Below, piece by piece: positions 45,235 to 54,872 of a DNA stretch of 64,000 nucleotides. A program made the translations under genes and the position numbers. This stretch comes from a virus (lineage: Duplodnaviria > Caudoviricetes). The notes under the pieces were generated by a model. It was given only the letters and a program-made list of their open reading frames with translations, did not search any database and was not told the DNA's origin. The stretch is from positions 204,225 through 268,224 of IMG/VR virus record IMGVR_UViG_3300011226_000001, one strand, 5' to 3'. Within the stretch, counting starts at the first letter, position 1; each line of letters starts with the position of its first letter.

Positions 45235-46056
45235 ATGTCTCTTACGAAGATTAGTCCTGCTCTTATCGACGGTGGCTCTGACCCCATCGGTAAAGTGTTA
45301 GGTAAGAAGACGGCGTCCGCTGTTGCATTCATAGATCCAGCAGAGGCTGCAAAGATTCCCGGCTCTCAGGGTGCGGAGTTCGATACAACTACCGGCACGT
45401 TAACTATCATCTGGCCTGATGGAAGTCAGTCTAGCGTTCTGGGTCTGCCTACTGCCGACCAGCTCAAATCAGGACGTGAAGGTAAGCAGGGTAAAGACGG
45501 CTTGCGCGGTCTTCCTGGTGCTGACGGACGAGATGGTCGTGATGGTGAAGACGGTTGCCCGGGCCCTCGTGGCCCTCGTGGCCGTAACGGTCCTACTGGC
45601 AACACTGGACCTATCGGTGCTACAGGCAACACGGGTGCTGTTGGCCCTACCGGTGCTACAGGACCTACCGGTAGCCCTGGTCGTGATGCTGCTATCGACG
45701 AGTATCGTGTATCGCAAGCTCTGAACCCTGTGACCGGTGCTGTTATCCCGAATGCGTGGATTGGTAGTAACCGTGACATGAACACTGGCTTTACCCATAA
45801 CATGGGTAGAGTCGTGAACACGTCAACTACTGACACTATCCACGTCGTATTCAACACGGCATTCATCAACCGTTGTATCAGCATTCAGATTACGTTTGTG
45901 AACGCTGCACTCAACCAAGCGAAGACCTACCAGCTCTACAATCTGGACGGTACAAGCGCGATGAATGAGAACGCCCTGTTAGGCGGTTTCACCATCAAGT
46001 CTACTGGCACCAACACTGCTGGTTGGGACTTCTGGTATACTGCGGTAGGTGATTAA
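45235..46056 (+). CDS. collagen-like fibre protein with C-terminal fibre tip domain
   Basis: 24 GXY triplets; C-terminus VVFNTAFINRC...FWYTAVGD resembles trimeric fibre tip domains. Confidence 0.8.
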   Translation: MSLTKISPALIDGGSDPIGKVLGKKTASAVAFIDPAEAAKIPGSQGAEFDTTTGTLTIIWPDGSQSSVLGLPTADQLKSGREGKQGKDGLRGLPGADGRDGRDGEDGCPGPRGPRGRNGPTGNTGPIGATGNTGAVGPTGATGPTGSPGRDAAIDEYRVSQALNPVTGAVIPNAWIGSNRDMNTGFTHNMGRVVNTSTTDTIHVVFNTAFINRCISIQITFVNAALNQAKTYQLYNLDGTSAMNENALLGGFTIKSTGTNTAGWDFWYTAVGD

Positions 46057-46057
46057 C

Positions 46058-46534
46058 ATGCCGATAATTAAAATCAATAGCGCGAACAACAGCATCGTTG
46101 GTCGTGTACGTGAAAAGACGGGTGATGATTGCATCGAAGTTAGTGACGAGCTATTTGGCAGAATCATTAGCGACCCGTCTGCTTTTCAGTTCTATCCTGA
46201 GACCGGTCAGATTGACTTGGCTGAGGGTTATGATACAGCGCCTCCTGAGTTCGACCCTGTTGCGCTGGCGCAGTTCGTTGCTGAAATCAACCAGAACATC
46301 TACGTGCCTGAATTGGATGTAGACGTAAGTATCTCTGGTGATCTCGGCAACCATCTGCTGTTCGCTTTGGCACTCGCACAATACTCTCCTCAGACTATCG
46401 TGTGCAATACTAAAGGGAAAATCAGCACACTCGTTGTCGATAAGGCTGCTGCCAAACTTATTGCTAAGGCCTTCTCCGATAAAAGTTCCATTGTTCTTCA
46501 ATCGTTAGGAGTCTCGGATGAGCCAGTTGACTAA
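46058..46534 (+). CDS. putative fibre assembly chaperone
   Basis: Directly follows the fibre tip gene; DCIEVSDELF pattern resembles tail fibre assembly proteins. Confidence 0.45.
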   Translation: MPIIKINSANNSIVGRVREKTGDDCIEVSDELFGRIISDPSAFQFYPETGQIDLAEGYDTAPPEFDPVALAQFVAEINQNIYVPELDVDVSISGDLGNHLLFALALAQYSPQTIVCNTKGKISTLVVDKAAAKLIAKAFSDKSSIVLQSLGVSDEPVD

Positions 46535-47342
46535 CTACGTGGACACGTTGATTAGTCTTGCACAACAGCAAGGTCTGTCAGCGTCGAATGATATCGCGTA
46601 CAAGGTAGGAGCGGATGTTACAATCATTCTTTCCTTCTCAGAACCTGTCACTCACGTATTCCCGCTGAACGGTCTCTGGATCATCGCAGACGGAGCGAAC
46701 GCTGGCTACAAGAAAGTCATGCGTCGTAAGTCTAAGACTGCTACTGCACCGTACAAAAATACGTGGCAAGAGGAAACTGATTACAATACGGTGATGACCA
46801 CTGTTCAAGTCTGGGACGAAGCTGATTTGCCAGCACCTCAGATTATCAGCGCAAGTGGTGGACGTCTTACCGGTAAAGTTCTCACACGTACAGGCGTAAC
46901 AACGTTTGACAACGATGAACTGATTCCTAAGTCCTATACGGACGGCGTTCGTACGGCGATGAACAACTCGTTCTTCACCATGTTCAACAACATGAACCAG
47001 CGCGTTAACTCTAACCTTGCAGCTATTCGTACTCTCCAGTCGGATGCCCAGCTCTTAACATCCCGTGTTGCGGTGCTTGAGCAGGCGACTGATGAAGCGT
47101 CAGTGAAAGGGTTAGTGTTCGTGCAAGAGAATGCCGACACCGTATGGGCCTTGCGACATGGATTGGGCAAGGGCGCCGGCATTCCTTACGTCACTGACGA
47201 GAGAGGAGAAGTTCTATGGCCGGAAACTGTCAATCCAGCCGAAGCCGATCCAGACAACGTATTGCTGCTTACATTCTTGGAGCCTGTCTCTGGTGTAGCG
47301 CAATTAATGTACATGCCAATAGCGGAGACGAGCCAACCTTAA
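46518..47342 (+). CDS. structural protein with coiled coil and C-terminal HNLG-type domain
   Basis: AGGAG RBS; WALRHGLG...PYVTDERG domain shared with the 49871, 52328 and 52936 ORFs. Confidence 0.6.
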   Translation: MSQLTNYVDTLISLAQQQGLSASNDIAYKVGADVTIILSFSEPVTHVFPLNGLWIIADGANAGYKKVMRRKSKTATAPYKNTWQEETDYNTVMTTVQVWDEADLPAPQIISASGGRLTGKVLTRTGVTTFDNDELIPKSYTDGVRTAMNNSFFTMFNNMNQRVNSNLAAIRTLQSDAQLLTSRVAVLEQATDEASVKGLVFVQENADTVWALRHGLGKGAGIPYVTDERGEVLWPETVNPAEADPDNVLLLTFLEPVSGVAQLMYMPIAETSQP

Positions 47343-48241
47343 CGTGGGAACGCTCTGTCCAGCAAATGGGTAACGGCATCACAATGACCTCGACAGCACC
47401 TCTAGTTGAGAACAGCCTGATGATCGTTACTCAGTTCTCTGCTGGACCAACTCTCGGCAGCACGTTGATACGTTCGGTTGTCGATTCAATTGATGACCGT
47501 TTCGTTGTCGTGCAGTATCTGCCTATAAGCCGTGTGCTTTCAGATGCAGAGTACAAGGCATCGCTTCGCAGTATGCAACTCGTCATCCAGCTCACTAAGC
47601 CTCGTATGATACTTAGTCTGGACGATGACTATATGAAGTTCATGCCACCAAATGTCTACGAGCAGTACAAAGATAAATTCAGTATAGCAAATAAGGGCTT
47701 AGCCACTGTCGGTAAGTCCTCTTGCGATCTTATCAACCTTATGGCGCAGCGGACGTATCAAGCGGATGCTCCTGTTTATATTCTGCGTGACGACAACGTA
47801 GCACACATTGAATCCTCTAGTGCGCTCGGTGCTTGTCTTAAAGATTACGGGCATGACGTGTCGTACTTCGCAGCGTCAACTGTTGGTGGGTTGAAGTCGG
47901 ACCTGTTCGACATTGCAACCAAAGATAAAGGCATTCTTATCAGCCTTGTCAATACTGTTAGTGATACGGAATTTAATCGACCTGTTGGTTTGGACGCAAT
48001 CAACAAGTTGTTCAGGAGCATAAACAGGAAACATATTGACATTGGTTTCGTCAGAGCAAATAGAAACCTGAGTATAGTCATCGTGCCTATGCTTGGAGGA
48101 CTTGATCGTAATGAGAAGACGTGGGCGAACATGCGCACATCCCCTCATCTGTACGTTCTGCCTGAGAGACTCGACAAGCTGGGTGGTTCTTTAGTGTACA
48201 AGAATATGTTTTCGGAGATTAGCGGTGTCTTGGAGGAATAA
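47216..48241 (+). CDS. putative exported protein (signal peptide; periplasmic-binding-protein-like)
   Basis: GAGGAG RBS; basic N-region, hydrophobic stretch and VHA cleavage-like site; fold call is weak. Confidence 0.5.
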   Translation: MAGNCQSSRSRSRQRIAAYILGACLWCSAINVHANSGDEPTLTWERSVQQMGNGITMTSTAPLVENSLMIVTQFSAGPTLGSTLIRSVVDSIDDRFVVVQYLPISRVLSDAEYKASLRSMQLVIQLTKPRMILSLDDDYMKFMPPNVYEQYKDKFSIANKGLATVGKSSCDLINLMAQRTYQADAPVYILRDDNVAHIESSSALGACLKDYGHDVSYFAASTVGGLKSDLFDIATKDKGILISLVNTVSDTEFNRPVGLDAINKLFRSINRKHIDIGFVRANRNLSIVIVPMLGGLDRNEKTWANMRTSPHLYVLPERLDKLGGSLVYKNMFSEISGVLEE

Positions 48242-48262
48242 CCTCCTAGACGCAGGTGGTTT

Positions 48263-48270
48263 GCTAATTT
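48263..48270 (+). promoter_or_regulatory. GCTAATTT putative late-promoter motif
   Basis: Intergenic, 42 nt before ATG48307. Confidence 0.5.
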
Positions 48271-48306
48271 CAGACATATAAAAGGACCCATGAGGTAGAA
48301 CCCGAA

Positions 48307-48591
48307 ATGCAAGCCAAGCGAATTAGGATTGCCATTGTGGTTGTCATTGCTCTCGCTGTGGTTGGTTTCGTGATCACTGCTGTTAGGAGTGTTAACCAGT
48401 CTCCTGAAAATTTAATACTCAAGGAAGATGTTAGTTGCTTGTCCGCCATCTGTGTTGTCGATGGGCGATACGGGCAAAGCTGCTTAGAGTTCAAGCCTCG
48501 GATGGCGCACACGTACAAAACCACTGACGTAAACGAACCAGGTGCCGAACGGGTCATCGTCGACCTGAACGATAACACCTGTAAGGGTTGA
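48307..48591 (+). CDS. small membrane-anchored protein with four Cys
   Basis: N-terminal transmembrane helix IAIVVVIALAVVGFVITAV. Confidence 0.6.
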   Translation: MQAKRIRIAIVVVIALAVVGFVITAVRSVNQSPENLILKEDVSCLSAICVVDGRYGQSCLEFKPRMAHTYKTTDVNEPGAERVIVDLNDNTCKG

Positions 48592-48596
48592 ATATA

Positions 48597-49106
48597 ATGT
48601 GGGCGGAAATCTTAGACAAGTTGCTCGCGTCCGATTATGCGACTGTCTTCTCTGTTGTTCTACTGATCGCGGGCGGTGCCTACGTTTGGTGGAAGCTACT
48701 GCCTCAGCTTGAAGAACTGGAGCAATTGAAAGAGCGGAACGCAGAGCTAGAAGCAGCAGCATCAACCATCAATCCAGATGGTGAATTGCTGAAAGCCGAC
48801 TTGGCGCAGATGATGAGGATGATCCAGTCAATCTCGGATTCCGCGCCAGTCGATAATTTGGATATGAAAGAGGGCTTGAACTCTGTTCTTCGTGCTATGC
48901 AGCGCTTCGAACGAATCATCTCTCAGCAATCCCGTGACCACCAAGGGTCTGTCCAGTTAATGCAAGAGGTTCTTGAGAAGTTAGGCGGGAACCAGCAAGA
49001 ACTTGAGAAGCTCGGTCTGCGTTTGCAGAGCATATCCAGTTCTCTTTATACAACCCCGAATGCTCAGGGCAACTCGGAGTTGAATGATTTGAGGGCATTG
49101 CGATGA
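48597..49106 (+). CDS. membrane protein with one TM helix and long coiled coil
   Basis: TM segment VFSVVLLIAGGAYVWW followed by heptad repeats. Confidence 0.6.
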   Translation: MWAEILDKLLASDYATVFSVVLLIAGGAYVWWKLLPQLEELEQLKERNAELEAAASTINPDGELLKADLAQMMRMIQSISDSAPVDNLDMKEGLNSVLRAMQRFERIISQQSRDHQGSVQLMQEVLEKLGGNQQELEKLGLRLQSISSSLYTTPNAQGNSELNDLRALR

Positions 49107-49846
49107 TGGGCTATTTGAGGAATAACATAGGGTTTCGACGCTTCACTGCCGAACGCTATTGTGATTTCTACAAAGCGAAAGCCTTCATGCTTGGAGAAGT
49201 CCTAGACTCCAACAGGCATGAGTTTACGGCTGCTGCTAGAGAAACACTGCTTCAATACCTGTCTGCATCAGAGTCTTGGTTGAGAGACATTGAACGTCGC
49301 TTCATTTCAACTGGCTGCGGTATCGAAACGGACATAGATGCTGCTGACATCCTAAGCTCTTTCGCAGATACAGAAAATAACGTGCTGGGCCTCATGGCCC
49401 ATCACCCCGAAGACTTTCCCGCGCTGTTTTGTGAGAGCTGGTACGAGATGCGTATGGCTATTAGACCCTACGTTGATCAGATTCTCACACAACAGTTTCG
49501 GCAGGATATGAGTGAATCGTTCCGACTTATTGCGGAGTTCATTATTGGCTATATGAACTTCACACTCTTTAATTTACACGAGATAGATTACATCTTGTGT
49601 AAGCGAGAACGACCATTCATTTATGCAGATAAAATTGACCTGAACATTATGGAACACGGACAGGTCAGTTCTCCCGTACTTCGCCTTGAAGTCTATCAAC
49701 GTCACGGCTTGCTTGACGGGTACGATGTACCTGTTCGAGTGAAGTACAATATTGATGATAAATATATCAATCTAACGGAAGAACGAGTTGCCGCATATCA
49801 AAAGCTGCGTTGTAGCTTAGATGATTGTGACAGCATGTACTTCTAA
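49103..49846 (+). CDS. hypothetical helical protein
   Basis: 247-aa ORF coupled to the upstream gene. Confidence 0.55.
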   Translation: MMGYLRNNIGFRRFTAERYCDFYKAKAFMLGEVLDSNRHEFTAAARETLLQYLSASESWLRDIERRFISTGCGIETDIDAADILSSFADTENNVLGLMAHHPEDFPALFCESWYEMRMAIRPYVDQILTQQFRQDMSESFRLIAEFIIGYMNFTLFNLHEIDYILCKRERPFIYADKIDLNIMEHGQVSSPVLRLEVYQRHGLLDGYDVPVRVKYNIDDKYINLTEERVAAYQKLRCSLDDCDSMYF

Positions 49847-49870
49847 TCCCACGCACTCAGGAGAATGACA

Positions 49871-52270
49871 ATGCGTACTGGTAATCTTGATTTAATGCTC
49901 GGCGCCCAGATTAAGAACTTCCGTCCTGAAGTTCTGTCCGCTGACCCGCAAGTTGGCGATCTGGTTGCTTCGCAGACTGCGCGTATCTGGTACAACAGCA
50001 CCGAAGACAAGTACAAATACTTCAACGGTACTGAAATCAAAGAACTCGGCGGCGGTAGCGGTCCTGTAGAGGGTGTTATCCTCGCAGACGGTACTGTACC
50101 GATGACTGCTGACCTGCTGCTGTCTGGTCCTGACCAGTCTGCTTCTGGCGACAACGCTGCTGTTTCTAAGAAACACGTTGAGACTGTTGTTTCTGGCAAG
50201 CAAGACAAAATCACCGGCCTGACTGAAAACGGTGTTGTGGTTGCTGGCGCTGATAGCGAACTGCAAACCTCCAACGTCACTGCTGCTGAACTGGGCTATC
50301 TGTCTGGTGTAAGCTCAAACGTCCAGTCTCAGATCACTGCTGTTAGCAACAAAGCTAACGCGAACGAAACTGCTCTTGCTGGTAAGCTGAATGCTGCTAA
50401 CGGCCAACTGACTGGCGACCTCGATGCTAACGGTAACACCGTAGCTAACCTGGCTGCTCCAGTGAACGCGAACGATGCCGCTCGTAAGATCGATATCGAA
50501 AACGCTATCGCTGGTATCGACTGGCTGCACGACTCTGATGCTATCCAGCAGGACGGCACCCTCGACCCAGAGCTGGTAGCTGGCAAACAGTATATCATTC
50601 TGGCCGCGGACCAGATCAACCCGAACTTCGGTAGCATTACCGATCTGGTTGACAACATGATCGTGCGTTACGACGGAACCAAGTTCGTAATCGTATTCGA
50701 TCCGACTGACAGCGAAGCTGGCGGTGCAGTAACGTGGGTTAAAGCGATTAAAGAATATCGTCGCTTTGACGGCACTCAGTGGACTACCTTTGGTGGTGCT
50801 TCTGAGTTCAACGCTGGCGCTGGTCTGGAAAAAGACGGCAACGTTGTTAACGTTAAAGTTGGTGCTGGTGTTCAGATCATCGACAACGCTGTTACTGCTA
50901 AGCTGGATGCTTCCGGTGGCCTGGAAGATAACGCTGGTAGCACTCGCGTTAAACTGGACGGCTCTAGCCTGTCTCGTACTGTTGATGGTATCGCAATTGC
51001 AGAAGGCGGTGTCGGTTATGCAGAAGTTTCTCCTGCTGCCCTCGGCACTGGCCTGAAACAAGATACAGAAAACAGCAAAATCATCGTTGACGTTGCTGCG
51101 GTTAAAACTGCTGGTGGTTTCATCGACGCGACCGGTGGTTCTGTCGAAGCACTGACCCTGACTGGTACCGACCCGCTGACTGACGACAGCGTTCCTACCA
51201 AGAAGTACGTTGACGATGCTATCGCGGCCGGTTCTGGCGGCTCTGCTGCTAAACTGTATCTGTACGACAAAACTGCCGGCGGTGATGCTGCTGCATCTAC
51301 GCATACCTTCGAGCACAATTCAGGTAACAAGTTTGGTACTGTTACCGTTGTGGACGACACTGGGTATCAGATCATCCCTGATGAGGTTGTATTCATCGAT
51401 GACAACAGCCTGCGTGTTGAGCTTACTACAGCCAAGAAAGTTGCTATCGCATTTGTAACTGGCCCAAAGTCTGAAGGCTCTAGTGGAGGTGAAGCACCTC
51501 CGGCGGGGCCTACTTACAATCTGTTATTGGCTCAGAACAAAGGTAACGTTACACCGAGCAGCACCTCTGAAGGTCGCTTCATTGCGATTGATGACGGCGG
51601 CACGAACACTGTTAAGTCTGCTTCCTGGTCGTTCACAGGCACTCAGGGTATTCAATCCTTCGGTGTTCTGCTGGCTACCATCGGTATGCCATCTAACAGC
51701 ACTCTGCCTCTGCCTATCACAGGTACTGTTACCGCGACAATCACCCTGCGTGACGACAGCGTGATCACTCGTACTCTCGAAGTTAATGAGACTGAGGATG
51801 TTCCATACGTTCGCGCTGGTGCATGTCATTCTGCAACTTTGCAGACGCAGCAGTTGTTTTCCCCTGCTACGAAAACCATTCGTATGTTCGTGGGAACCAC
51901 TGTGGGCTTCGGTATGTCTGATCTTAACGGTAACTCGTTCCGTCCGGGCACTAACCCTTCTTCTGCTCTCCTTGCAGATGAAACTATTGCCTCGGTTAAA
52001 TGGAGCATCATGGATGCGGGTACTGTTGCCGACATCGACCTGTCTAAGTTCACGCTGGTGCCTAGTACCTTAGGTTATGTCGTGAACCTGTCAAGCACCT
52101 ACGATGCCTCGTTCTTCACTGCGAACCGCATGAACCCATTCGCGTATGTGGTGTTCGAAGCAACTACCTCTACGGGTCGTGTGTTCCGCGGAGCATATGG
52201 TGTAACAGGAAATACCACTACAGACAGTACGGTATACTCCTGGGGCGCGTCTGCAATGGCTGACTGGTAA
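49871..52270 (+). CDS. abundant fibre/whisker-like structural protein
   Basis: AGGAG RBS; strong codon bias; fibre motifs (DAARKIDIE, TKKYVD, AGAGLEKDG), an HNLG-type domain, then a linker and a divergent C-terminal domain. Confidence 0.65.
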   Translation: MRTGNLDLMLGAQIKNFRPEVLSADPQVGDLVASQTARIWYNSTEDKYKYFNGTEIKELGGGSGPVEGVILADGTVPMTADLLLSGPDQSASGDNAAVSKKHVETVVSGKQDKITGLTENGVVVAGADSELQTSNVTAAELGYLSGVSSNVQSQITAVSNKANANETALAGKLNAANGQLTGDLDANGNTVANLAAPVNANDAARKIDIENAIAGIDWLHDSDAIQQDGTLDPELVAGKQYIILAADQINPNFGSITDLVDNMIVRYDGTKFVIVFDPTDSEAGGAVTWVKAIKEYRRFDGTQWTTFGGASEFNAGAGLEKDGNVVNVKVGAGVQIIDNAVTAKLDASGGLEDNAGSTRVKLDGSSLSRTVDGIAIAEGGVGYAEVSPAALGTGLKQDTENSKIIVDVAAVKTAGGFIDATGGSVEALTLTGTDPLTDDSVPTKKYVDDAIAAGSGGSAAKLYLYDKTAGGDAAASTHTFEHNSGNKFGTVTVVDDTGYQIIPDEVVFIDDNSLRVELTTAKKVAIAFVTGPKSEGSSGGEAPPAGPTYNLLLAQNKGNVTPSSTSEGRFIAIDDGGTNTVKSASWSFTGTQGIQSFGVLLATIGMPSNSTLPLPITGTVTATITLRDDSVITRTLEVNETEDVPYVRAGACHSATLQTQQLFSPATKTIRMFVGTTVGFGMSDLNGNSFRPGTNPSSALLADETIASVKWSIMDAGTVADIDLSKFTLVPSTLGYVVNLSSTYDASFFTANRMNPFAYVVFEATTSTGRVFRGAYGVTGNTTTDSTVYSWGASAMADW

Positions 52271-52281
52271 AACTATACAAT

Positions 52282-52310
52282 GGGGGTGGGCTTCTGCCTG
52301 CCCCTTTTAT
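52282..52310 (+). terminator. rho-independent terminator
   Basis: ggggtgggc-ttct-gcctgccccttttat. Confidence 0.75.
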
Positions 52311-52327
52311 CTTTCGGGAGAAGATAT

Positions 52328-52924
52328 ATGAAAGTCTTTGGGTCTTTAGACTTAGAGTTTGGTTCAATCAAGAACTTCAAGTTCGCAGAAGTTCAAGATT
52401 GGCCTGAAAACCCACAGCCTGGTATGGCCATCTTCATGGACAAGCGCCTGATGTTCTGCGTAGAGCTGCTAGACCTGCCTGTGTGGGTACCGCTGACTCA
52501 GCAGATGACGATGTTCCGCTACGCACAAGCGTCTGCATCTTCGCGCTGGGAAGTGAATCACAACATGAACATCGCAACGCCTATCGTTCAGTGTTATGAC
52601 GAGAACGGTGATGTTGTCATGCCGTCCTCTATTCACGCGCAAGACGCTGACACCACAATCATCCTGTGGCCAGAGCCTGTTGCAGGTACTGCTGTGTTGC
52701 TGTCAGGCATCGAAAGCGGTCTGCCAACACCTACAGTTGCATTCACTGCTTCGTTCACCGATGAAGCTGTGTGGGTAGTGACTCACAACCTCGGTTATAA
52801 TCCTGCTGTGCGTGTCCATCAAGGCACTAAAGAAGTACAGCCGAAATCTATTGTGCATGATAGCACTAACCAGCTCACGATTACTTTCGATAATCCTGAG
52901 TCTGGTACTGTTATTCTGTACTAA
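52328..52924 (+). CDS. structural protein with two HNLG-type domains
   Basis: WEVNHNMN and WVVTHNLG repeats; GGGAG RBS places the start at 52328. Confidence 0.65.
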   Translation: MKVFGSLDLEFGSIKNFKFAEVQDWPENPQPGMAIFMDKRLMFCVELLDLPVWVPLTQQMTMFRYAQASASSRWEVNHNMNIATPIVQCYDENGDVVMPSSIHAQDADTTIILWPEPVAGTAVLLSGIESGLPTPTVAFTASFTDEAVWVVTHNLGYNPAVRVHQGTKEVQPKSIVHDSTNQLTITFDNPESGTVILY

Positions 52925-52935
52925 GGGAGATTCGC

Positions 52936-53157
52936 ATGATCAACTATTCGATGGGTCGTACCTTTAAGCAGGAAGAGGCCGCTTCTGAATGGACGATTAC
53001 GCATAACTTCGGGCGTATGGTCGCGATTACTACAGCAACGATGCAGCCTGATGGGAAACTTCATCAGGTCCTTCCGCTCGATGTTATTATCGTCGATGAA
53101 AATACAGTCAAAGTTACTTTCCCGTATGCAGTTACGGGTGAAGTGCGAATCGCCTAA
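52936..53157 (+). CDS. single HNLG-type domain protein
   Basis: WTITHNFG...VTFPYAVTGEV. Confidence 0.65.
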   Translation: MINYSMGRTFKQEEAASEWTITHNFGRMVAITTATMQPDGKLHQVLPLDVIIVDENTVKVTFPYAVTGEVRIA

Positions 53158-53168
53158 GGAGATAAACA

Positions 53169-53750
53169 ATGTTAACGTATGGTCTTCAACTCGCAGGCGA
53201 ACAGGCGCAGATCGTCCGCTCACCAGGTGACCCTAATTCATCTGGTCCTACCTTTCCTTCTAACCCTGCCAACGGTCGCGTGTGGAACTTGACTGCTGTG
53301 TCTGGTGCTAATCAACCTGGCCTGTACGTGTACTCTAAAGTACGCAACAAGTGGGTTAACCAGTTACAGTCTGTAAATCCATATGACGTCGGCATGAGTG
53401 TTCTCAAACGTTATGCTGGTGGTCAGGAGATTGCCCGCTATCTGTCTGTGCGCACAACCGCAATCATTAAAAACTTTGCTGGCTCTATGGCCACTGCTGA
53501 TGTTGCAGCTACTGCACTCGCAGCATTCAAAGTAAGCGTGTATGATACGAATACTCAGGCTGTTATTCAGCTTGGTACGATCACTTTCGGTGCTGGCTCT
53601 AAGACCGGTGTGTTTGCACCTCTCGCTCCCTATCAGGACCAAGAGATCATTCTGGTCGCTGGCGATCAGCTTCGTGTTATTGCACCTGATACCGCGGACA
53701 CTACACTGAACGGCGTTGCAATTACTATCGCAGGTCGTCTGCTAGTGTAA
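53169..53750 (+). CDS. virion structural protein
   Basis: AAGGAG RBS; GPTFPSNPANGRVW fibre-type motif. Confidence 0.55.
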   Translation: MLTYGLQLAGEQAQIVRSPGDPNSSGPTFPSNPANGRVWNLTAVSGANQPGLYVYSKVRNKWVNQLQSVNPYDVGMSVLKRYAGGQEIARYLSVRTTAIIKNFAGSMATADVAATALAAFKVSVYDTNTQAVIQLGTITFGAGSKTGVFAPLAPYQDQEIILVAGDQLRVIAPDTADTTLNGVAITIAGRLLV

Positions 53751-53755
53751 CATAT

Positions 53756-53787
53756 AGGCCTGTATCTTAACGGTACGGGCCTTTTTT
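53756..53787 (+). terminator. rho-independent terminator
   Basis: aggcctgtatc-ttaac-ggtacgggcctttttt. Confidence 0.8.
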
Positions 53788-53818
53788 ACCTTGTGCTGCC
53801 ATTTTCAAGGAGTGACTG

Positions 53819-54862
53819 ATGATTTTCGTATCCGGGGCACCAGTTGTGCTGAAAAAGAAAGTGAGTATAGCACGGCAGAGAATGTTTCTGTTTGCGGACA
53901 ACGTGGAGCCTCCGCATAGCAATACAGCGATGTTTGATGTGTTGACTAAAATCAATGCGTCACGAGGCTTCTGCGCTAAGGTCAATGCGGATCTGAGTAT
54001 GTCCTGTGTGCGCTCTGCTGGATGGAGAAACAACTATCTTTACTATAACTACGTCCCATCGTTGGGTGTTCCTACGACCGCGATAGAGACTTCGAACGCC
54101 ACGTCTACGCAGACTATATTCGATGTATTTGGGAAATACTATAGCATCGGACGTCTTCGAGGCGGAACTTGGTTGACCGTGTTGTCAAGTCTACTTGAGA
54201 ACGTAGATGATTCGCGGCCGACGAGTCCTCTAGAGAAAGTAATGATACTGCCTCCTTGTGACGGCTCTGCCCTGTCTACTCTATCTACGCCTATGGTCAC
54301 ATATCCTAGTCTATCATTATCCTATACCCGGAACTGGACCACATCCACCAGCTTGGGGATAGTTACGGGCAGACACGAGGAGACTACTACGACTCACGCC
54401 GAACATATCCAAGTCACGGAGCTGAATGCTGCGTTAGATCGCGCCACCATTACGCGTACCATTTCAACCCAATCTGGTCCTATATATGATACATCGCCGC
54501 AGACTGTTGGGCCAAGAACAATGACTATGTTCACTAGGGTGTATACTGTCACACGCAGCCCTTACAGTGATAGCATAACCAGCTCTGGTACAACCTACAG
54601 TAATGGTCCGTACAGAAGCTCTGCGACAGATGATGCGAGTCTTATCTACGGCATGGGTAGTAAAGCGAATACAGCCAATTACCCACTGGTGTGGGGTATG
54701 ATGCCTGTAGTCGGCCAAACGCCTAACGATCCTATGTATGCAGTCATTCTAAAGGCAGAAGAAGATTTTGAGCAGACAGGTTTAGCGACACCTGGAACCA
54801 AACCTGTAATGCAGATGAAACAACTGCCTGAGTTGGAAATGAGTAGGAAATATTTAATGTGA
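53819..54862 (+). CDS. hypothetical structural protein, paralogue of 54873
   Basis: Shares N-terminal ARxRMFLFxDxVEPP...CVRxAGW...LYYNY and C-terminal WGxMP. Confidence 0.65.
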   Translation: MIFVSGAPVVLKKKVSIARQRMFLFADNVEPPHSNTAMFDVLTKINASRGFCAKVNADLSMSCVRSAGWRNNYLYYNYVPSLGVPTTAIETSNATSTQTIFDVFGKYYSIGRLRGGTWLTVLSSLLENVDDSRPTSPLEKVMILPPCDGSALSTLSTPMVTYPSLSLSYTRNWTTSTSLGIVTGRHEETTTTHAEHIQVTELNAALDRATITRTISTQSGPIYDTSPQTVGPRTMTMFTRVYTVTRSPYSDSITSSGTTYSNGPYRSSATDDASLIYGMGSKANTANYPLVWGMMPVVGQTPNDPMYAVILKAEEDFEQTGLATPGTKPVMQMKQLPELEMSRKYLM

Positions 54863-54872
54863 GGTACTGAGT

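Noticed and set aside
1150-51316. Long minus-strand ORFs (e.g. 1150-1851, 7112-7771, 9881-10963, 42797-43840, 50315-51316)
   Set aside because: They lie fully opposite well-supported + strand genes, have no evident RBS or motifs, and are the expected shadows of strong codon bias.
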